A DNA stretch of 64,000 nt from Candidatus Aegiribacteria sp. (GTDB lineage Bacteria; Fermentibacterota; Fermentibacteria; Fermentibacterales; JCC-6): assembly GCA_046498225.1 (NCBI GenBank), contig JAWOBF010000061.1, positions 3,709 to 67,708 on the forward strand, written 5' to 3'. Positions 33,842-43,037 of the stretch are shown in pieces. A program made the position numbers and the translations under genes. The notes under the pieces were generated by a model. It ran no database searches, was not told where the DNA came from, and was given only the letters and a program-made list of their open reading frames with translations. Numbering within the stretch: the stretch's first letter is position 1; each line of letters starts with the position of its first letter.

Positions 33842-35788
33842 TCATGCAGGATCGGCCCTGTCGGCCGAAAGCAGTTCTCGCACCACTTCACGAACCAGGG
33901 CGCCTTCGAGCATTCCGTCGAACTTCCGCCTCACCAGGCCTGTAAGGTAGCGCTCCATCCGTTCGGGGTCCGGGTCCGCCTGTCCGACCCGCAGGATGAT
34001 CTTTCTGGCGGTTTCCTCCAGCTCCTGCCGGTCGGGAATGCTCACGTCCTTCACCGCCTCTTCCACCGGAAGGTCACGGCTTCCGCATATCCGCTCCAGA
34101 ACCGCGGCGGCGGCCTCTATGGGAAGCCCGGCGCCGCTCACCCTGGAAAGCACGTTCAGCAGAGTCTCGCCGGGTACGCTTTCCACGTCGGCTTTTTTCC
34201 TGATGTGGTTCAGGGTGCTGAGGAAGAAATGCATCAACGTCACCGGGGTGTAATCCGACATCTCCAGCGCCCTGTCGTAGAGGTCCCGGTCTTCCGAAAC
34301 GCTCATCTGACGAGCCGACTCCCCGGGCACTCCCGCGGCAGCATACCTCTCCGCCCTCTCCCACGGTCTTTCCGGAAGACGGGAGGCAACCTTTTCCATC
34401 AGCTCAGCGTTGATGGGGATCGGGGGCAGGTCGGTGTCCGGGTACATCCTGTTCGGACCCGGCAGTATGCGCTCGAAGCCCGTGGTCCCGTCCGGAAAAG
34501 ACTGTCTGGTCTCGTTTATGACACCGTCCAGGGCCTCCTCCGCCCTTATGACTATCTCATCCACGGCGGTCTTCAGGTCCTCGCCGGACCCCCAGACCAC
34601 TACGATGGCGTCCTCCGGTCCGCTGGAGGTGAGTTTTCTTATCCTCTCCCATTCCGCGGAAGAGAAGCTCTCGCCCTGGAAACCGTCGTGCACCATGTTG
34701 GGCATCCGGTCAAGGCAGGCTATCACCCTCACCCGGTCGGATATCTCATCCGCGAATGTCTTTCCCGGCTGGGTGGGCGTGGCCGGCAGTCCTGCATACC
34801 CCCTGAGGGACACTGCACTAATCTGCAGGCCGGCGTGCAGGGCCTCGGCCGCGGGTGGATATGCCGACCCGGACAGTTCCCGGGTAATGTCGGCGGCTTT
34901 CCACCTGAAATTCTCCTTATCGACGCCCTTTCGAGCCAGACTGTTCATTATTTCAAGAAGGGATACCTGTCTGTAGGCTTCGTTATGGACCAGCAGCGGT
35001 ATCTCGGGTATTCTGGAAACACCCTTTATCTCCACTCTCCGTCCTCCGGTGACGGAGACGTTCACGTCCTGCCTGGCGGCCCCGATACCTCTTCGCACCT
35101 TCCCGGACGACCTGGCGAGCCGGCTGAGTATGCGGCACACCCGCGCCACCTCCTGCGGCGTCCTCATCTGTGGCGCGGTCACCGTCTCTATGAGAGGTAT
35201 TCCCAGCCTGTCGGTGAGGTATACCCGTCTGTGCCCTTCATCGCGCACCTCCCTGCATGCGTCCTCCTCCAGGCCAAGCTGGATGATATCTATTCTCCTG
35301 TCCCCGAATGGGATCCAGCCGTCAACACCCAGTATAGTGGTCCTCTGAAAACCGGCCGGTATGGATCCGTCGAGGTACTGCTTCCTCTGTATGTGTATCT
35401 CGCTGACAAGTTTGCAGTTGAGAAGCATGGTTATTTCCAGGGCGATCTCAAGGGCCTGCTGGTTCAGCTCGAAGGGTGGGGTGTCATCGATCTCGTAGGT
35501 GCAAATCGTACGCTTGTTTATCTGATAGATTATGTTTTTTCTGGTCTTGAACTCCATGAGCGCCGTGCCGTCGTATTCACCCAGTTCCGAGAGGGTCGGT
35601 CTCATGTGGCGGAGCACCCGGGCGTCGAACCTGTCCGAGTACGGCAGGACGGGACACCTGCAGAAGAGCTTCTTTTCCGTATCCAGCTGCTGGTGTATCT
35701 CCAGGCCGCTTCGAAGACCGATGTCCCTGTAATCGGAACCGGTGGTCTCGTCCATGCTTCTGATCAAATTGGGGCGGTCTCCTTTCAT
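33842..35788 (-). CDS. gatE: archaeal-type Glu-tRNA(Gln) amidotransferase subunit E (GatE)
   Basis: GLRSGLEIHQQLDTEKKLFCRCP, EIDDTPP, LDGSIPAGFQRT, LGLEEDA, DRLGIPLIE and RQDVNVSV are colinear with GatE as I recall it, including the insertion domain absent from GatB. The start could instead be the ATG at 35755 (MDETTGSDY). Confidence 0.88.
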   Translation of the reverse strand: MKGDRPNLIRSMDETTGSDYRDIGLRSGLEIHQQLDTEKKLFCRCPVLPYSDRFDARVLRHMRPTLSELGEYDGTALMEFKTRKNIIYQINKRTICTYEIDDTPPFELNQQALEIALEITMLLNCKLVSEIHIQRKQYLDGSIPAGFQRTTILGVDGWIPFGDRRIDIIQLGLEEDACREVRDEGHRRVYLTDRLGIPLIETVTAPQMRTPQEVARVCRILSRLARSSGKVRRGIGAARQDVNVSVTGGRRVEIKGVSRIPEIPLLVHNEAYRQVSLLEIMNSLARKGVDKENFRWKAADITRELSGSAYPPAAEALHAGLQISAVSLRGYAGLPATPTQPGKTFADEISDRVRVIACLDRMPNMVHDGFQGESFSSAEWERIRKLTSSGPEDAIVVVWGSGEDLKTAVDEIVIRAEEALDGVINETRQSFPDGTTGFERILPGPNRMYPDTDLPPIPINAELMEKVASRLPERPWERAERYAAAGVPGESARQMSVSEDRDLYDRALEMSDYTPVTLMHFFLSTLNHIRKKADVESVPGETLLNVLSRVSGAGLPIEAAAAVLERICGSRDLPVEEAVKDVSIPDRQELEETARKIILRVGQADPDPERMERYLTGLVRRKFDGMLEGALVREVVRELLSADRADPA

Positions 35789-35913
35789 CGAGCCCGGAAA
35801 TGAACCATAAAAAAAAGGAAATCCTGCGTGTCATGAGGAGCAGAACCATCCTGAGGACGGCTTTCAATTATATTTCATGAGGACCGGTGAGACAATACTT
35901 GCCCGGGGCGGAA

Positions 35914-37191
35914 TCAGATGTCCAGCTCCTTCAGCCGGGAAAGCAGGGTCCTGTAGCTCACCCTCAGCATCTCGGCCGCCCTCTTCCTGTTGCCCCCGGT
36001 CTCTCTCAGAGCCCTCTTTATCAGCTGGGTCTCCCGTATCCGGGCGGCCTTGGCGGACTCCTCCAGAAGACCCTGCTCGGCTTCAGATTCCTCTATCTCC
36101 AGGATTTCCGGGCCCAGAACGCTGCCGTCCACCAGCGCGGCCGCCCTCAATACGATGCTTCTGAGCTGTCTCACGTTCCCCGGCCATCTGCAGGTCATGA
36201 GCTTCTGCGTGGCCTCCTCCGTCAGTTTCATGTGCCCGTATCCCGACTGGTCCAGGAAGTGACGCGCCAGCTGCGGAATGTCCTCCGGTCTCTCCCTGAG
36301 GGGAGCTATGGTGACGGGAAACTCGCCTATTCTGAAATAGAGGTCGTCCCTGAAAGTGCCGGCTTCCGTCTCGCTCCTGAGGTCCCGGTTGCTGGCGGAA
36401 ATGACCCTGGCGTTGGTATGGAGGGTCTCCGTCCCCCCTACCCGGGTGTACTCCCTCTCCTGGAGCACTCGAAGCAGTTTTCCCTGCAGAGGTCTGTCCA
36501 GGTCCCCCACCTCGTCCAGGAATATGGTCCCCCCCCGGGCGTGCTCGAACCTGCCAGCCCGTGTCCTGTCAGCGCCGGTGTAGGCTCCCTTCTCGGCACC
36601 GAAAAGCTCGCTTTCCAGGAGGTCCGCGGGTATGGCCGCGCAGTTCACCGGAACGAAGGGACCTTTCCCGCGTGAGCTCTCCGCGTGTATCATTCGGGCC
36701 AGGAGTTCCTTGCCCGTACCGCTCTCTCCCAGTACCAGTACGTTGAGATCCGTCCCGGCGCCCCTGGTGGCCCTGGATATGGTGGACATCAGAGACGGCG
36801 ACGAACCCACTATCTCGGTGCCGGGTGAATGGGAATAGCGTCTTACCAGCGCCAGGAGCTCGTCCAGGTCGAAGGGCTTGGTGATGAAGTCGCGCGCTCC
36901 CTCCTTCATGGCCTCCACGGCCAGGTCCACCGTTCCGAAAGCGGTCATCAGGACCACGGGTACCCAGTGTTTCATCTCCCTGGCGTTCCTGAGTATGTCC
37001 ATTCCGCTTATCTCCCCGGGAAGGCATATGTCGCTCAGTATGAGGCTGACGGTCTCCGCTTCCAGCTCTTTCATGGCCTGGGCTCCGGAAGGAACGGCTA
37101 GCACCCTCCATCCGTCCTCCCGCAGAGCCGTTGTAAGCATGTTGCGCATGGCCCGCTTGTCCTCCACAAGAAGAATGGTCTCCATGTTCAC
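35914..37191 (-). CDS. sigma-54-dependent response regulator (NtrC family)
   Basis: Receiver domain (ILLVEDK...LILSDICLPG), AAA+ domain (VLVLGESGTGKELLA, ESELFGAEKGAYTGA), and Fis-type HTH (RKRAAEMLRVSYRTLLSRLK). GTG start in a GTGA overlap with the kinase gene. Confidence 0.92.
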   Translation of the reverse strand: MNMETILLVEDKRAMRNMLTTALREDGWRVLAVPSGAQAMKELEAETVSLILSDICLPGEISGMDILRNAREMKHWVPVVLMTAFGTVDLAVEAMKEGARDFITKPFDLDELLALVRRYSHSPGTEIVGSSPSLMSTISRATRGAGTDLNVLVLGESGTGKELLARMIHAESSRGKGPFVPVNCAAIPADLLESELFGAEKGAYTGADRTRAGRFEHARGGTIFLDEVGDLDRPLQGKLLRVLQEREYTRVGGTETLHTNARVISASNRDLRSETEAGTFRDDLYFRIGEFPVTIAPLRERPEDIPQLARHFLDQSGYGHMKLTEEATQKLMTCRWPGNVRQLRSIVLRAAALVDGSVLGPEILEIEESEAEQGLLEESAKAARIRETQLIKRALRETGGNRKRAAEMLRVSYRTLLSRLKELDI

Positions 37192-38867
37192 GCCTCCTCC
37201 GGGAAGGGGAGTGGAAGAACGATCTCGAAGACCGCTCCCCCTCCGGCCTGGTTCCTGCAGCTGAGTTCCCCGCCCATGGTCCTGATTATCCTTCTGCTGA
37301 CGTAGAGCCCCAGCCCCATGCTTCCGCTGTCCCTGTCCTTGGTGGTGCGGAAGGGCCTGAATATCTCATCCAGGTCCATGGATATTCCGGGTCCGGTGTC
37401 CGTCACGGATATCACGGCGTTCCCCCGGCGGGAGGTCAGCTTTACCTCCACTTCGGATGACGGATTGGCTTCCAGAGCGTTCCGAACGATATTCCGCACG
37501 CAGGAGGCCAGGAGTTCCATATCGGCTCTAAGGCTCACCTCTCCAGCCTCCATCAGGACGGTACACCTGTCGGGACAGCTTCCGCAGGCTTCCCGGCAGA
37601 TCCTCTCCAGGTCATCCCGGTCCAGGGACGCGGAAACCGGCTCAGGGGAACGGGCGAAACTGCCGAAGGAGTTTATCAGGGCCTGGGCGGACTCCACCTC
37701 CCTCCTCACCTCCTCCAGTATGCCGCTGGTCCTGCTGTCCGAATGTCCCCTGGCGAGAAGGTCCACGAAGCCGGACAGGGCGCAGAGTGTGTTGCCCATT
37801 TCGTGTGAAATTCCCGCCGAAGCGGCTCCCACGTCAGCCATGGCAGTCTGGTCGGCTATCCGTCTTTCCAGTTCGCTTATCCTTGTGACGTCGGTGACCA
37901 GGACGGCCAGCTCATCGGTCCTGGAGCGGGATATCTCAACGGTGTACATCCTGCCGGTCCTGCCGGGGTCTCTCCGCAGCTGGAACTCCGCGGAGGAGGA
38001 TGAGGATTCCATGGAGGCGACCAGCGGTTTCAGCCGCCTGCCGGCTTCCGTCCTGTCCCACGGGAACTCCCTTCCCACGTCATCGTAATCCAGGTCGAAC
38101 AGCTCCCGGGACTGTTGATTGAACAGCTGCAGCTCCCCCCCGGCGTCTATGGCCAGAACGGCCGAGCCCAGCACGGAGAGAATGGCAGCCGACCTCTTCT
38201 CAATTCTCTCGGCCCTCTCCTCCGCTCTCTCCCTCATCCGGTTCAGCTGTCTCTCTCTCAGGTGCAGGAGTTCCACCAGCCTGTGAAAGGAAGCCCCGGC
38301 AGTCTCGGGGTCGGTCCCGCCCCCGCTGGTGAATCGGTCCGCCTCGACCAGTATCTCCCTCAGCGGGGAGATGACGGTTCGGGAAAGGTACCTGGGGGTG
38401 AGGAAAGCCAGGACGGTCAGCGCCGCGGTCAGGGCCGCAAGTCCCGCGGTCAGGCCTCCGTAGAGAGAGGATATCCTGGAGGTGGCCGGCCTTACTCCCA
38501 CCCGCATACCCCTGCTGTCAGGCTGGGAGAAGTACCAGTCCTCCCCCTCCCGGGGAACGGGGGTCTCTCCCCGCGCATGGCCGGAGGCGGCTGCGACCTC
38601 GCCGTCCCGGTCCAGGACAACCGCGTATTCAAGACCTCCGCTGTCCACCAGCGGTTCCGCCGTATCCCGAATGAACTCGTCCGGGTCGCTGCCTTCCAGA
38701 GCGCTGCCCATGGCGAAGGCCGTGACCGTTGCCATGTGACCAGACTCCGACCTGAGGTCCATGTTAACCAGGAAGGCTGTCATGAAAGCAACGGCGGTCG
38801 CGGCCGCGGCTACTCCTATGGAAAGGCCCGTGAGGAGTTCTACACTTATCATGAACTTTCTGGACAA
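37188..38867 (-). CDS. sensor histidine kinase
   Basis: Two N-terminal TM segments flank a periplasmic region. H-box GISHEMGNTLCAL, and ATPase boxes DTGPGI and GLGLYVSRRII. Confidence 0.88.
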   Translation of the reverse strand: MSRKFMISVELLTGLSIGVAAAATAVAFMTAFLVNMDLRSESGHMATVTAFAMGSALEGSDPDEFIRDTAEPLVDSGGLEYAVVLDRDGEVAAASGHARGETPVPREGEDWYFSQPDSRGMRVGVRPATSRISSLYGGLTAGLAALTAALTVLAFLTPRYLSRTVISPLREILVEADRFTSGGGTDPETAGASFHRLVELLHLRERQLNRMRERAEERAERIEKRSAAILSVLGSAVLAIDAGGELQLFNQQSRELFDLDYDDVGREFPWDRTEAGRRLKPLVASMESSSSSAEFQLRRDPGRTGRMYTVEISRSRTDELAVLVTDVTRISELERRIADQTAMADVGAASAGISHEMGNTLCALSGFVDLLARGHSDSRTSGILEEVRREVESAQALINSFGSFARSPEPVSASLDRDDLERICREACGSCPDRCTVLMEAGEVSLRADMELLASCVRNIVRNALEANPSSEVEVKLTSRRGNAVISVTDTGPGISMDLDEIFRPFRTTKDRDSGSMGLGLYVSRRIIRTMGGELSCRNQAGGGAVFEIVLPLPFPEEA

Positions 38868-38958
38868 ACCGCTCCCCCCGCCGTATAGGGTGAACTATCC
38901 CGGTCAATACTGCACAAGGGATGGTTCCGGCGCAAGTATTTCTTCGTCCCCCGGTCCC

Positions 38959-40989
38959 TCATCTTACGGTTACGGCGTCCAGGTAGATTCCGTGGAGGTC
39001 ATCGTCCGGGCCAGCCGCCGGTATGACTTCGATGAGCAGTGTATCCGCCGTGACCGGCATCTCCAGGGTCCATCGGAGCTCTCCGAGGTTCTCTGGCCTC
39101 TTCTCCAGGCCCGCTTCCCTGATGCGGGTGGTCCAGTCCGGAGGGTCCAGCATATCCGAGACGGAGAAGAGGGAATCGCTCCAGCCGCCGCAGGTGAGCC
39201 TGATGCCCGGTCCCCGTCCTTCCCCCATGCTCCTGTAGGTTATCTCCACGGCGGCCACGTCTCCGGGGTCACGGCGAACGGGTATCCTGACAGCGTCCTC
39301 CTCCCTGTGAAGACGAAGCATCCGCTGTGTGGAGAACATCCAGAATTTTCTGTGCTCCGGTTCCGTCTCCCGCGGATATAACTGGCAGAAGTCCTTCATG
39401 GAGGGGGGTATATCCTCCGCCTCCCACCTGGTCCGGGTAGTTCCTCCGGCCAGGCAGAGAAGCGCGAAACCGGCCGCCAGCACGTAACCGGTCCCGCCTC
39501 TTCGCGCGGCTATCATCCACACCACCAGCGCGGACCCCAGTATCCAGAACAGGAAGACCGGAAGACTGAACCTCACCGCGCTGGGCACCCAGGCGGCCAG
39601 AGACCCGGCGGCGCCTGCCAGGGTGGAGGCCAGGGCGTCCGTACCGTCGGCATGGTTCATTCTCAGCAGGGGATGGCAGTAGTACACCGCGCCGGCGGCC
39701 ATCGATATCCACACGAGTACCCGCACTCCGGCCCTCTTCATGACCATGCCCAGGGAAGCCAGCAGGATCGGCAGAAGGGGAAGCAGCATGCGCCCGGCGG
39801 GAGTGGGCATGCCGCTCCAGTTGGTGCCGGTCCAGTAAACTAGAACGAGAAGGTAGAGAAGTCCCGGCAGACCAAGCCATCGGAACAGGGCCCTTCTTTC
39901 CCTCCTGAGGGCCGGCAGGCCGGCCAGGCCGGCGAGCACCCACGGGGCCTTCCACAACAGTCCGCTCTCTATGTCCACCAGTGTGGAGAAGAGGGCGAGC
40001 AAGAGGTGTGAGGAACGGTACAGCGGCTGTACAAGGACGGTTTTGAGGAATTCAACGTTCCCGTATCTGACCCAGAACACCCTTCCGCCGAGGAACCCAA
40101 AGTCGAAAAGAAGGCCCGCGGCGGCGACGGACAGAAGAACAAGCGCTATGGTGAGCCGTTTTCTGCCCCTGTATTCAAGTAACAGTGCCAGCAGAAGACC
40201 GAGTGAAAGGCCGGCGAACCTGATCTTTACAAGCACCAGCGCCCCCGCAGCCGCCAGGACCCAGACTTTTCTTCCTCCCTTGAGGAACATGTAAACTCCC
40301 GTAACGAATACAGCCACCGCCAGCCAGCCGGGGTACACAAGGCCCAGAACGCCGCTTCCGGGCATGGTCAGCAGGGCGAGAAGGGGAAGTTCCCGCCATT
40401 TCCGGAATCCTGATTTCCTCATCGTCCGGGACAAGACGGTCACCGCCCACAGCGCGAACAGCGTGTTCATCAGCCTGATACCCGTAATCCCGCCGGGATA
40501 TCCCGGAAGCATCAGCGCCGGGTAGAGGCTCTGATGGTGGCGGAATCCCTCTCCGGGGTCCCCGGCCTGGCGCTGGTACTCCTGGAACCTGCCCGTCCCG
40601 CCGGGGAACAGCTCCTCCGTTATCCTGGCGTAATGGGGCTCGTCACCGGTGAAGGGAACAAGGACCAGTATCATGGGAACCAGCGGAATAACCGCCATCA
40701 GCAGACCGAGCCGTCTCCTGGAGACCTTCATGAGGCCGGGAAACACGGCCAGCATTGCCGATGAGGAGGCGACTGTGAACATTCCGGGAGCGGCCGCCCA
40801 GAAAACAAAGAGCAGCAGCGATATTCCCAGAAGCTGAAGTGACGCCGCCGGCCGGTCTCCCCTGCCGTACACGACGGCGGTTATCAGCCAGGCGAGGGGG
40901 ATCAGCCTTCCCAGTACTCCGGGAGAGGGCATGCCGGTCATCCTCCAGGCGATGAATAGGAGTATGCCGCCAAGGGCATGGAATGCCAT
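38959..40989 (-). CDS. polytopic membrane protein, candidate GT-C glycosyltransferase (ArnT/PMT_2-like) with a C-terminal soluble domain
   Basis: More than 10 TM segments. The first-loop motif GDEPHYARITEELF resembles DEARYAEIAREM of the GT39/GT83 families. A ~170-aa non-membrane C-terminus follows. Confidence 0.55.
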   Translation of the reverse strand: MAFHALGGILLFIAWRMTGMPSPGVLGRLIPLAWLITAVVYGRGDRPAASLQLLGISLLLFVFWAAAPGMFTVASSSAMLAVFPGLMKVSRRRLGLLMAVIPLVPMILVLVPFTGDEPHYARITEELFPGGTGRFQEYQRQAGDPGEGFRHHQSLYPALMLPGYPGGITGIRLMNTLFALWAVTVLSRTMRKSGFRKWRELPLLALLTMPGSGVLGLVYPGWLAVAVFVTGVYMFLKGGRKVWVLAAAGALVLVKIRFAGLSLGLLLALLLEYRGRKRLTIALVLLSVAAAGLLFDFGFLGGRVFWVRYGNVEFLKTVLVQPLYRSSHLLLALFSTLVDIESGLLWKAPWVLAGLAGLPALRRERRALFRWLGLPGLLYLLVLVYWTGTNWSGMPTPAGRMLLPLLPILLASLGMVMKRAGVRVLVWISMAAGAVYYCHPLLRMNHADGTDALASTLAGAAGSLAAWVPSAVRFSLPVFLFWILGSALVVWMIAARRGGTGYVLAAGFALLCLAGGTTRTRWEAEDIPPSMKDFCQLYPRETEPEHRKFWMFSTQRMLRLHREEDAVRIPVRRDPGDVAAVEITYRSMGEGRGPGIRLTCGGWSDSLFSVSDMLDPPDWTTRIREAGLEKRPENLGELRWTLEMPVTADTLLIEVIPAAGPDDDLHGIYLDAVTVR

Positions 40990-41020
40990 TCCCCTGCGAT
41001 CCCCGGCCAGATTCGTAAGC

Positions 41021-41842
41021 CTATTCAGTTCCGGCCTCCGCCCCGATAAAGTGTATGACGGGATGGTTCATCGGCTTCCATCGCCTCGAGAGAACGACTG
41101 AGACAGGGAACACCGGTTCGTTCATTCGAATCCGGACCTCTCCGGACGGGACGGGGAACGAAGTGTCCCCGGCCATGACGAAGCCCACCGGCTCGTCGTC
41201 CCGGACACCTCCTGCCGAAAGCAGGATACGAAGGTCTGCGGGCTCCGCCTCTCCCGCTTCCAGAACCAGTGCAGGGGCCGACAGGTCGAGTCTCTCCGAA
41301 TGTTCCCACGCAATACCCCCCCGGACGAAGTATTCCTCGGCGCGGCGGGCGGCCGGCGGTGAGGCCAGGGGGATGCCCCCTGCGGCTACAGAAGCCGCCA
41401 GGCCGGCTCCGATGAATGCGGACCTGTTAATGGAAGCCGCCGGAAAAACAGCCGCCGCGGCGGCTATGCCCAGCGGGACCAGCCCTGTCAGGGAACCGGA
41501 CAGGATCGCTGCCGCAACCGACAGGAGAAAGGCCGACCGGGAGATGACGCACTCCGAGCAGGCCATGGCGGAGAGCGCTCCGGCCAGAAGAAGGGCCGCC
41601 GCGAAACCGTCGGTCCGGACCAGCAGGGAGAGTCCCCCGAGAAGCACGCACGCCGCCAGGACCCTCGCCGGACCGCTGTAGAAGAGAATGCCCGCGGCGA
41701 GGAAGCAGGCGGAGAGAGATAGCGCGTCGATGCCTCTGAGCAGAAGCATCCCCGCCGCCGCAGCGCCCAGAATCGTGAGTCTCGATCTATTCGTAATCGG
41801 CCTTCTCCAGTTCCAGTACCTGTTCTGGTCTGTCTGGTACAA
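41021..41842 (-). CDS. hypothetical membrane protein (Ala/Leu-rich TM region plus ~100-aa soluble C-terminus)
   Basis: Longest ORF in the gap between two supported genes, with several hydrophobic helices. The start is uncertain because the track start overlaps the GT2 gene by 56 nt. Confidence 0.4.
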   Translation of the reverse strand: MYQTDQNRYWNWRRPITNRSRLTILGAAAAGMLLLRGIDALSLSACFLAAGILFYSGPARVLAACVLLGGLSLLVRTDGFAAALLLAGALSAMACSECVISRSAFLLSVAAAILSGSLTGLVPLGIAAAAAVFPAASINRSAFIGAGLAASVAAGGIPLASPPAARRAEEYFVRGGIAWEHSERLDLSAPALVLEAGEAEPADLRILLSAGGVRDDEPVGFVMAGDTSFPVPSGEVRIRMNEPVFPVSVVLSRRWKPMNHPVIHFIGAEAGTE

Positions 41843-43037
41843 GATACACCCTGCTCCAGCCCCGCGGGACCTCCGCGGAGAGGGATGAGGGGACCGTTGT
41901 TCCGGTGAAGGTCCTGCCCAGGCACTCTCCGCGCGACCACAGGCCCACTGAACCGGAAATATTGCAGGATCTGACCTCCATGGCGAGCGTACCCCTCCCG
42001 GACGGAACTTCCAGGCAGCCGAATCCCCAGGGACCGGTTAGCTTTCCTCTCCAGCCCGGCCCCGGTTTCACCCCTGAGGGGGAAAATTCGCCGCCGGAAG
42101 CCGCGGGAGGTCTTGGCCGGGGCATTCTCAGGGGTCTGGGAGCCAGCACCTCCCCCAGCACCTCCCGGGGAAGCTCAACACGGTCGGTCCCGGTCCTTCG
42201 AGCCCGTGACACGGCCCCGAGCCTCCACAGCCAGGGAATGCCCCTGAGCAGGCAGTACATCCTGGTCTTCCACTCTCTTCTCATCCAGTAACCCGGAATC
42301 CCGCGGCCGGCTCCGCCCAGATACTTCCGGGTCAGGTAGGCGGAGGACCGTAGTTCCCATCTGAGGGCCGCCTTCCTTCGGCTGGAGGCGCCCATCATGT
42401 GAATGCCCTCCGCTTCGGGCTGGAGCAGGAGATCCATGCCCCCGGCCCTGAGCCTGAGGCTCAAATCGATGTCCTCGAAGTACATGAAGATTCTCTCGTC
42501 GAAACCTCCCACGCTCCTCAGGGCATCAGTCCGAAAAAGGGAGAGGGCTGCGGTAATGCAGGGAACCTTTCTCGCGCTTCTGTCCGGGAAGGGCTGGAAA
42601 TGCAGCGAGTCCATGTCGTAGCCCCTGCCGTATTCGTTCATGGAGCAGCCGGCGCTGAGTGTCACCATAGGCCATCCCCACAGCCTCAGCAGCGGCTGCA
42701 CTCCGGCCAGTCCCCTGTTTCCGCGCAGGGTCCGGACCAGCAGTTCCAGGTCCGCGGGTTCGATGGATGCGTCCGAGTTGAGCAGCAGCATGTATTCGGT
42801 CCTGCAGGCTTCCAGAGCCCTGTTGTTGCCGTAGCCGAACCCTCCGTTCCCCGGGTTCACCACCACCTCAGCCCCGGGGACCCGCTGCCTCAGAAGCTCC
42901 ACCGTACCGTCTTCGGAGGCGTTGTCGGACACCAGTATCCTGCAGACCGGCTGGAGTTTCCTCAGCGTTTCGGACAGGGCCGGCACAAGACGCTCCGAGT
43001 TCCATGTGACCACCGCAGCGGTTATCTCCCTGCTCAT
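41787..43037 (-). CDS. glycosyltransferase family 2 with a C-terminal extension
   Basis: AAVVTWNSERLVPALSETLRKL...LVSDNASEDGT...GFGYGNNRAL, and a DxD-type motif at MYFEDIDLSLR. The ATG at 43037 forms an ATGA overlap with the upstream stop. Confidence 0.85.
   Translation of the reverse strand: MSREITAAVVTWNSERLVPALSETLRKLQPVCRILVSDNASEDGTVELLRQRVPGAEVVVNPGNGGFGYGNNRALEACRTEYMLLLNSDASIEPADLELLVRTLRGNRGLAGVQPLLRLWGWPMVTLSAGCSMNEYGRGYDMDSLHFQPFPDRSARKVPCITAALSLFRTDALRSVGGFDERIFMYFEDIDLSLRLRAGGMDLLLQPEAEGIHMMGASSRRKAALRWELRSSAYLTRKYLGGAGRGIPGYWMRREWKTRMYCLLRGIPWLWRLGAVSRARRTGTDRVELPREVLGEVLAPRPLRMPRPRPPAASGGEFSPSGVKPGPGWRGKLTGPWGFGCLEVPSGRGTLAMEVRSCNISGSVGLWSRGECLGRTFTGTTVPSSLSAEVPRGWSRVYLVPDRPEQVLELEKADYE

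Noticed and set aside
35809-35862. Possible intrinsic terminator after the NtrC-type gene: a U8 run (plus-strand A8 at 35809-35816) and the hairpin CCGUCC-UCA-GGAUGG
   Set aside because: The U-run is preceded only by 3-4-bp stems. The 6-bp hairpin (with one G-U pair) is followed by a C/U-mixed tract, not a U-run. This is too weak to call.
35789-35913. Search for a sigma-54 promoter upstream of gatE (next to the sigma-54 activator gene); the region 38868..38958 was also searched
   Set aside because: GGCA...TTG-like strings are present, but the GG-to-GC spacings are 3 and 13 nt instead of 10, so there is no credible -24/-12 element.
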